Shown: positions 54,413 through 64,000 of the stretch, piece after piece
Position numbering within the stretch: position 1 is the first letter of the stretch
How the letters are laid out: each line of letters starts with the position of its first letter
Assembly (NCBI RefSeq): GCF_009914755.1
Contig: NC_060928.1
Direction: 5' to 3' (one strand)
Source of the DNA: the human T2T-CHM13v2.0 reference genome, Homo sapiens
Length of the DNA stretch: 64,000 nucleotides
Notes under the pieces: model-generated
Told to the model about the DNA's origin: nothing
What the model saw: only the letters and a program-made list of their open reading frames with translations
Database searches by the model: none
Translations under genes and position numbers: made by a program

Positions 54413-54649
54413 TGATCGGGCTCACTGCCTAAGACTCAGCATCCTTCTCTTGTTTCATCTGCCACTGCCCGCTGCCACATACCCTCCCATGCTCACATGA
54501 GGTTCCACAGTTCCCAGTAGATACAATGCTCCCTCGAAGCTCTGGACCTTTTCCAAGCTGTCTCCTCTGCTAGACAACCCCTCTCCTCTTGGTTTTCTAG
54601 AGAACTCCTGCTCAGCCAGAGAGCCATGGCTCAGGCTTGAGAGGGTGGC

Positions 54650-57280
54650 AAACAAAACAAGTATTTTCTTTTCCATTTATGTTCAGTATTTTCCAGAATT
54701 TAACTTGGTGGTGGTCATTCTAGGTCTACATTCTTAGGCACACAGTGTTCTTTCAATGTGTAGTTTTAAATGGTTTTTTAAGGAATTTTTATGGGATTAT
54801 TGTTTTTAGTTTGCATTCTGTTCTCTTGTTTTTATCTTCTTGGTTATGGATGCCTCTTATCTGAATGCTGGATCTTCTTTGCCAATCTTCAGCATTTGTC
54901 AGTGTCCCTCAAATCTTTATTACCTCTTCCTTCATTTCTTTAAAAATGTTCTCATTGTTATATTTCTCTTCTCCCAAGGCATTATCTATTGTGTTTATTT
55001 GTTTTGTGTGTTTTCTACTGAAGTCTTCATTTCTGAAATCATTTTCCCTTTATTTCTTTCTCCCTAAGTTCTCCCACCTGATTTCTGAGTTTTTTATTCT
55101 AATTAATGTTGTTTTTCATGTCTTATGTAATTTTGTTAATATCTTTATTACGTGTTAATTCTGAATGTCTATATTGTTATCAATTACTGTGTAACAAACT
55201 GTGTCAAAACATAGTGGTTTAAGACAATCACAACGTTATTTCTCACAATTCTTTTGGTTGACCAAGTGGTTTTTCCTCAGGTTTGGCTGGGCTCACTCAT
55301 GAAGACGCATTCAACTGGTAGGTCAGCTGGGAGCTAGGTTCAGCTAGGACAGCTGAGATGAACATATCATTCTTTCTCTATGTGGTCTTTCATCATCAAA
55401 GTGGCTAGAGTGAGCTTCCTCACATGCAGTTTCAAGATGGTAGAGCCAGTTCTCCCATGCTTCTCAGGACTCTGCCTGCTTCACATTTCCTGGTGTTCTG
55501 TTGGCCAAGGCAAGTCACATAGCCAACCACGTGGAAGGGAACTGCATGGAGCATGGCTATCAGAAGGCTGATGCACTGGGGAACCATTAATGAAACAACC
55601 CATCACTGTGTCTTTTAACTCTTTTGAAACGTAGGCTATAGTTTCATTCTGTTTTATCAGCACATCTTTCTGTGTGTTTTTATTGCAATGATGTTATTCT
55701 GCTCTTCATTCTCCTTTTACTTATAATAACTTGGTATGGAATTTGACTTTGATACTTTTCTGTTGCTCTTTTGTTTCAGTAATTGTTGATGATTATTAAT
55801 ATATCATATGCATGAGTTTTATGCCTAGATAATCCCCATTTACCATTGCAAATGATATAAGAAATACATGTTTAAGGCTAGAAAATGTAATCAGTGCTGC
55901 ACAAAGGTGCACAAACATTTAAAGCCCATATTTCTCCATACCTTTCTTCCAATGGTTACTGCTATTAATGTTTTTCTTTTATTTTCCTTTTTCAAATGGA
56001 AGAAGGAGGCCTTAGGAAGCATAGAATCTGATAACTGGATGAAGCATTTATAGGCGGTACCTAACCAGAGGTACAACTTTTGCCGCAGAAAACTAACCAC
56101 TGGGATGAGGAGTCCACCATCTTGGCTGAACTCTCTGCTGCTGTCTGTCATTCAGCAGTGAAAATGCCCTGTTCCCAGTTTGGCCTCACTTAACTCTGGC
56201 CAGGTTGTGCCTTATAAGGCACTGTATATTGAATTAAACAACCAAAATCTTTCTTCCCTGACCGCATAAACAGTGCCTAAAACCGCCTGGAGGAGTTAGA
56301 GTTGCACATGGGTATTGCAGTGGGGGAGGAGGCTTAGTTTGGACATGGTGGAGGGTTTGAATTCCACATGGCCTGAGGAAGAAGAGACCTCCCTGAGCCC
56401 TTGGCAAAGCCTAAATTCCAATCTATCTTCATGAACACTAGGTTTTTGGGAATCGGCTATAACTTTCTTATTGTCTTCCTTACAGATATAAAAAGAAATG
56501 ACTATTTCCCTGGAAGGATAAATTCCACCTTTAGACTTGAGATCAAAATAGAGCCAGCTGAGGGGCCTCCAGCAAGAGAGAGGGGTAGAAATTGCTCATT
56601 TTATGTGAACTTTGTTTTTCTAAACTTTTAGAAGATGGTGTGGTTCAGGATAGCGTTCCTAACTTAACAGACCTATCTGTTGTATTGTTTGGTGAAGTGT
56701 CAAAATCTAAGGCAGCTTGCTATCCAGGTTTCCTGGCTTTGTTCTCCTCTCCCATTTTTATCTGGAGTTCTTCTTTCCTTTGTCTGTAGGGTCTCTGTCC
56801 TGAGGCAGTTTGGTTCTACTTCACACAGTTTTTCCTTGGGGCTTTTTCCTGGAAGGAGTTGTGGCTGGGTGGATTATAGACTTTTGATGTCCCAGACTCT
56901 TCAGTCTCCTTCAGAATTTATCAAGAGCCCTTTCAATGCCCCTGATACTAGACTGTACAAACTCCTACCAGCTTCAGCCGCTGTTCTCAAAGTCGTTGTC
57001 TGTGTTTCCCAGTGAATACCTGCTGAGTATTTTGGAGTTCTTTGTTTTCTGGTCCATAGAATGCTGCTTTGTTGCTTCTCTTGGTTTCTTTCCGTGTAGA
57101 AATCACTACCATGCGCTTCTTGTCACTGTTGTGTTTTGCTGCTACCCACCTGTATTTTGAGGGTTGTAAGGAGAACTTATTTTTGTAGCAAATGCATCCA
57201 TGAGTTTTTGGTTTAGTGATCTATTTGCTCTGTTTTATATGCAGATTTGGGGAGATTCAAAATCTATACCATCATATCCC
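54650..57280 (-). mobile_element. Old L1M fragments with an MLT1H/J-like LTR at about 55170-55610
   Basis: T-rich antisense L1-like sequence. The LTR starts tatattgttatcaattactgtgtaacaaac...aacatagtggtttaagacaa. Confidence 0.5.
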
Positions 57281-58334
57281 TAGAATCCACTACTCATGTC
57301 ATTAATCTTTGATTTATTAAATAAATAGAATAAATGAAGTTTGACTATAAATACCTGCAATGGTATAAATAATAGGCAACTTGTTTTTGGGTATTTACTA
57401 TATGTCAGGTACCGAGCTAAGTGCTTTCCACCTATAATTTCATTTAACATGAAGACAGGCACATTAACTATAACCTATAACTTCTTTTAATGCCCTCGAA
57501 CATGAAATAGACACAAGTATTTCTTTCCATTTTAGAGTTAAGGAAATGGAGGCTTAGGAGGTTGGGTGACTTCCCCATGTTGACATTGTTGGCAAGAGTC
57601 AGACCCAGGTCAATGTGACTCCAAAACCCAAGCTCTGAAGTACATCTCAACCTGGACTCCCATGACAGCAACTCCTTTTTAGCAAAAATACCAGCAGATA
57701 TCCATATAAGTGAATTCATTCACTTATAAGTAGTCTTCATGGGAGCCTGAACACTTACTCCAACAAGGCTTTTTTTGTTGACGACCTTTCTGAGATCGCT
57801 TTCTGGAAGGACCTGGAGCTGGGGCAAGTCTGACCAAAGAGGTCACTGCCTTGAGATTCAAGAGAGATCAACTGGGCGAGATTCAGCAACTGATGGGATG
57901 GAGAATGGGGGCAACGGCAACTTCTCGGGTCTCTGGATTGTGCAGCAGAGTGGTGCTCACTCTGTAGGGGACCCAGCAAGAGCAGTAGGTTTGTGAAGTG
58001 GCATGATGCAGACTGGACATGTGGATGGAGAACCTGCCAGCACTGAGATGCAGCACAGCCATGGAAGTGGACAGGATCCCCCAAGGAGGATGCAGGAAGG
58101 CAGAGAACCGATTCTGAGGCTCAAGAATGCTGTGCTGGAAGGGGCACGTGGAGGCTGAGGGGGACATCCCACAGGGGAGTGCTGAGAAGAGAGATGCCAG
58201 GTAAGGGCAGCAGCTCCCATTAGAAGCCTCCTCTGTATTCCTACCGATTCGTTCTGACTGCTTTCATGCTGTTTCCGAAAAGCAAATTGATGTCAAGGAG
58301 TGTAGATCCTGGACCACTGGAGAAGTTCGAGACA

Positions 58335-58947
<613 letters not shown>

Positions 58948-61242
58948 ATGAGCCACCACACCTGGCCAAGTTCAAGGCAGTTTTCTACCAGCCCTGATGT
59001 CTCTGCCTGCATGTGGCACCATGCCTAACAGACTCACTCGAGCCTCCTCAAAGGCTCTACTGGGGCTTCCTGACCTTGCTCCTGCCTCACACTGTCTGAG
59101 GCAGCCCAGTCCAGGTTCTTGGTCTCCAGGAAAGCAGAGCCATGGGGACCCAGCTGGGCACTCTCCTCCATGGCCCTGCTTTCAAAAGGGAGAAGAAATC
59201 TGACCTGTATTGGGACCTCGCTACCTGCCTGTCTTCACATTTAATCCTCAGAAGATTCACATGACGTTTCTACATCTCTTATTTTATGTGTGAGGAACCA
59301 GAGGTCTGGAGAGGTTAATTAACCTGCCCAGGGCCACACAGCTGGTCAGTGAAGGAGCCAGAATTTGAAGCCAAGTCTATTTTGATCTGAAGTCTATGCT
59401 TTTGCTACTACACCAAGCTGCCTTTTTGACACTGAGCTCCTGAATTATAAAGACGACTTTCTCAGCCAAGAAATAAGTTCATTGTCCCAGCTGTATGTGA
59501 GAGTCGGGGTTACTGATGGAAAAAGCTTTTCCAATTAGAAAAGCTTCAGGCCTGACTTAATGGCCAAATGTACAGAAGAGATTTTTATAGGCTTTAGAGG
59601 ACACAGCTGATTTTCCTAATGGTTGTATTTTCAGACACTGTAGTTGGGGAATAGTACCAGGCAGTGGGAGTTTAGTGGGGAAGGTGGAGTTAAGGGAGAG
59701 CTCTCTCAATAAAGTCAAATCTTGCAGCTCCTGGGGCTGTAAATTCCTAATGCCAAGTGGCAGGTTTGTTTATTTCACTCACTTGAGCTGTTCAGTTCAA
59801 AGGCCCAGTAACAAGTTCCCAGAATGTTCCCAACACAGATTCAGAAAATGGGCTGATGAGTAAGCTCCCAGAGGTAACTCACAAAAGATGATCCCGGAAG
59901 AAAAATTTGCATAGGGCTGAATTTTCATTAATTGAAAGAGCAGATGGAATTTGCAATTGGAGAAAAAAAAAGATCTCTCTAAAATGTGCCAGATTAGAAG
60001 TCAGAATGTTCCAGCAGCCACGTGGGGCTTCAGAGTTTATTAATTTGAGGTGAAATGAAGAGCAAGGCATTGATTCAGTAAACATTTACTGAGTGTTTAG
60101 GAGGTACAGGGCTTAGTTAGGCACTGGGGCTGCAGAGCGGGGTACTGCTCTCCCAGTCCTCACACAGATTGTATGAACATAGTTGTACACAGGGCACAGT
60201 CAAGGAGGACGATGGTGTGGCTATTGGAAGGAGGTGCTTCTGGCATGAAGAGGGGGAGATGAGATCTTTTTGGACAGTTTTAAGACAGTTTCCTGGAGAA
60301 GGTGACAATCTGAATTAGACTTTAAGGATGTGCTCTGCTGGGTAACGATAGAGAGAGGGCATTTAGGCAGACGGAACAACCCATACAAAGGCATTGGGGA
60401 GTGAAGCACCATTGTGTGAAGGGAGAACTTGGCAGCTCCATTGTTTTGCAGCTTCTGGGACAAGAGGAGGTGGGGAGGGAGAGAGCAGACAGGGCAAAGC
60501 ACAGGAGTCTTGAATGCTGTGGTGAGAGCCTAGGGAACCAGTGGAAGGTTCAGTGCTGGAGACCACTATGATCAGACTCATAGGATTAGGGCCTCAAGGG
60601 TGGTGACCTTGGAGAAACCGATGAGTAACAGGAAAGCATTAGGGGTCAGGCTCAAGGGGGATGGTCCAGGTGAAGTGTGGGCTTCAGCATGAGGCAGCTG
60701 GGTGTCTTCCACTCAGTGGCTGAGTGAACCTGGGTGATTCTCATTACCAGACATGGTGCACATAAAGCACTTACCATGATGAACACTCAGGAAATGTTGG
60801 CCACTGAGCCACAGGACCTCTCAGAATCCTCGTCTGAGAAATGGGATTAATGGTTTATGCAGTCAGCCTCAGGAGGTTGCTTTGAGGATTTATTGACATT
60901 AATTATAGAAGGCATATAGCATAATGCCTGATGAAAGGTAACTACTCACAACCAGTAGCCAATATTAATGTGGTTGTTCTGATTGCTAATAGTTCGATAA
61001 TTATTTAGTGTATGCTAAATACTGGGAACACAGAGCCAAATCCAACATTCCCCTGCCTTATGGAGCTCACACTCTAGGTGCAGAAACAGACTAACGAAAT
61101 CCCAGTTCACTGCAGGGGCTGGGTTGGCCAGGGGATGGTGGGTGCACTAGGGAGATGATGGGGCTGTTGCATTGTCAGTGCTCACCAAATGTCAGTTCCC
61201 TTCCCCCAGGACACTGCAGTGAGTCCAGAGGGGTGGTGGTGG

Positions 61243-62754
61243 TGATGGAAGCAGAGGCCTGTCTGCAGTGCAGGAGGCGCAGCCAGGGCTCCATGCTCCA
61301 CAGAGCCAATAGGAGCCAGGAACAGGTGGAAGCCCCGCCGCCCCCTTGTGAGTTGGAGAGGCGGGATTCCTGCCCTCCTGGGTGCAGCTGTAGATACTCA
61401 GCTGCAGCTGCAGACCTGGGCATCCCTGTGCTCTCAGGGAAACCCCATTCCCCCCGTAGGCTCAGGGGCACCTGTTCCTGCTGCCTGGACTCGCCCTGCT
61501 CCTGGTACCCACTCTGATTTCAGAGTGGGGTTGTGGCCAAGCCTGGGTACATACCAGCCAGGTATGCACATGCTCAGGGCAGCACTGTCATGCCAGCCCC
61601 CTGCTACCTTGGCCCCCTTTGGACATTGGGCACCAACAAGCATGAGAGAGAGGCTGAAGGGGTGCTGAGGGTGGCTCAGAATTGGCCTGCAGGAGCCCAT
61701 CAGCACAAACAGCCTGGCCCCCATGAACAGTGGCAGGAGGCAGACAGGCTACTAGGTGGAAATGAGTGGGTCCCCATGAAGCCCCACTTTCAAGCCAGGG
61801 ATGGTCTGAAGCCTGGGGGCTGGGTCACCAGTTCCACTGACCGGAGTGAGAACTTGTGATGCTTTTTCCAGGCCCACCCATGGCCACCCATGGACTAATC
61901 AGCACATACTTCCTCCCCTCTGAAGCCCATAAAAACCCCGAACTGAGCCAGACTGGGGCAGATGTTGGGACAACCTGCCTGCGGAGAGGAGCTACCTGCT
62001 GTGGGTCTCCTCCCAGCTGAGAGCTGAACAGACATCTGCACAGTCTGCCCGTGGAAAGGAGCTACCCACTTCAGGTCTCCTGAGAGCTGTACTGTAGCTC
62101 AATAAAGCACCTCTTTGCGTTGCTTACCCTCCAGTTGTCCATGTACCTCATTCTTCCTGGACACAGGACAAGAACTTGGGACCTGCTGAATGGTGGGAGT
62201 GAAAGAGCTGTAACACAAACAGGGCTGAAATATGCCCCCCTGCTCACCACGTTGTGAACACAAGAAGGAGAGAAGGGAGAAGGAGAGAAGAGCTGTAGCC
62301 CTACAGGGAGCCCAGACTTAGGAGCTCCCCAAGCCAGGGCTGTGATGCCCTCTTTGGGGCTCTGCATTTCCTGGCATCTCCAAGCTTCTGGGCACCACCA
62401 AGTTCCCCAGTGGCCACAGTGGAAGCCACTTGCGGTATGCCTGGTCCAGACGCAGCCTTGGAGGGAGCCGGCGCTCGTGCCAGTGCCTGGAGCTGTTCAC
62501 CCCGCCACAGCCAGGATGCCTAGCTGTGTGCAGTGGCCGGACCCCATGCTCGCTTGCTCACACAACCCTCATGGCTCTGTGCCTGGCTTGCCCTTGGCAG
62601 GTTTGGGATCTGGACCAGTAGCACAAGCTGAGTGCAGCCTGCCAGGCCAAGTGAGCAGAATGAGCCATTCAGGCCCAAGCAAAATGCAGGTGAAGGTGCC
62701 ACCAGCCACAGAAATTTCTGGTTGGTGAAGCAACACCCCAAGGATCCTGTGACA
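61243..62754 (+). mobile_element. MER52 solo LTR (ERV1), ~1.5 kb
   Basis: Starts tgatggaagcagaggcc, ends acaccccaaggatcctgtgaca, with a 4-bp TSD GTGG. TATA-like cccataaaaacc at about 61926 and AATAAA at 62101. Confidence 0.85.
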
Positions 62755-63094
62755 GTGGGGCCACCATGGCAGTGCTGTGCACTCTTTGTAGATATTATTG
62801 AGGCCAGGGAAAGTGAAGTTTGCTTCCCAGAGAAAGTGGCAAAGCTGGCATTTGGCCCTAGGTCAGTGAGGCTCCACTGTCCATTATCTTTCCTGAGAAC
62901 CATTCATTCATTCATTCATTCAGCAGAGATTTGCTGAGCACCTTCTACATGCTAGGCACTGTTCTATGGACTGAAAACACATGTGTGAATAAAACATAAG
63001 TATTCCTACCCTCATTGGTTTGGCTGTTTGTGAGGGAGACAGTCAGTTTAAAAATCACCAAACTGATAAATATGGAGTTTGAGATGCTTAGTTT

Positions 63095-63862
63095 TGAGGA
63101 ATAATTTTCATGCAGTAAAATGTACTCTTTTAGTGTATAGCTCTCTGAATTCAGACAAACACATACAGTCATAGATAAACACCACCACTATAAAGATATA
63201 GATGGGTTCCATCACCCCCACAAAAGTTCCTCATTCCCAGTCCCTGGCAACCAGCAATTGATTTTCTACCCCTATGATTCTGCCTATTCCAGAAAGTCAT
63301 ATAAATGAGATCATATTGTATACAGCCTTTTGAATGTGGCTTTTTCACTTAGAATGATGTATTTGAGATTTACTCATGACGTGTGTATCAGTAGTCCCTT
63401 CCTGTTGCTGGATATACATACACGTGTTTATCTGTTCATCAGTTGAGGGGCACCTGAGTTGTTTACAGTTTTACATATTTATGAATAAAGCCATTATGGA
63501 CATTTGCATACAGGTTTTATATGAGCTTAAATTTCCATTTCTCTGGAATAATTACCTAGAAGTGAGATTGCTGGATCATTTGGTAAGAAACTGCCAAACT
63601 GGTTTCTAGAATGGCTGGACCTCTTTCCATTCCCACAAGCAGCGAATGAGAGACCCGGTTGTTCTGTGTCCTTGCCAGTACTTGGTATCGTCCCATCGTT
63701 GAGGTCATTAGGCATTCTAATAGGTCAGTCGTGATTTCAGTTTGCAAATCCCTGGTAACTAATGGTGTTGAGCATCTTTTTGCTTGCCTGTTTGCCATCC
63801 ATATATTTTCTGTGTGGAATATATGTTCAAATCATTTGCCTGTTAATTTATTGGATTATTTT
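63095..63862 (-). mobile_element. L1MB/MC 3' fragment
   Basis: tcccagtccctggcaacca ... tggctttttcacttagaatgatgtatttgagatt ... taatggtgttgagcatctttt. Confidence 0.8.
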
Positions 63863-64000
63863 GGCCGGGTGTGGTGGCTCATGCCTGTAATCTCAGCACT
63901 TAGGGAGGCTGAGTCAGGTAGGTCACTTGAGACCAGGATTTCAAGACCAGCCTGGCCAACATGGAGAAACCCTGTCTCTACTAAAAAATACAAAAAATTA
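63863..64000 (+). mobile_element. Alu left arm (cut by the window end)
   Basis: ggccgggtgtggtggctcatgcctgtaatctcagcact ... ctaaaaaatacaaaaaatta. Confidence 0.95.

Overview
Primate, almost certainly human, nuclear DNA lying entirely within one large gene on the + strand. The only protein-coding sequence I can support is two spliced exons, 35658-35695 (38 nt) and 54294-54383 (90 nt). Together they encode (R)[42 protein letters not shown](A), the catalytic loop and activation segment of the YANK-family kinase STK32B. The rest is intron densely filled with repeats: Alu, MIR, L2, old L1, about 20 MaLR/ERVL LTRs, a full-length MST provirus, MER31, MER74 and MER52 LTRs, and hAT and Tigger MITEs. The most unusual items are (1) a ~280-bp diverged mitochondrial control-region insertion (NUMT) inside an MLT1 LTR, (2) a 4x81-bp minisatellite amplified from a MIR, (3) a probable L1 3' transduction bounded by a 16-bp target-site duplication (TSD), (4) a chimeric AluS/AluY, and (5) two motif- or CpG-rich candidate enhancers. 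I found no CRISPR array, RNA gene or novel multi-gene system. Repeat subfamily names come from recalled consensus sequences, and boundaries of old repeats are approximate.
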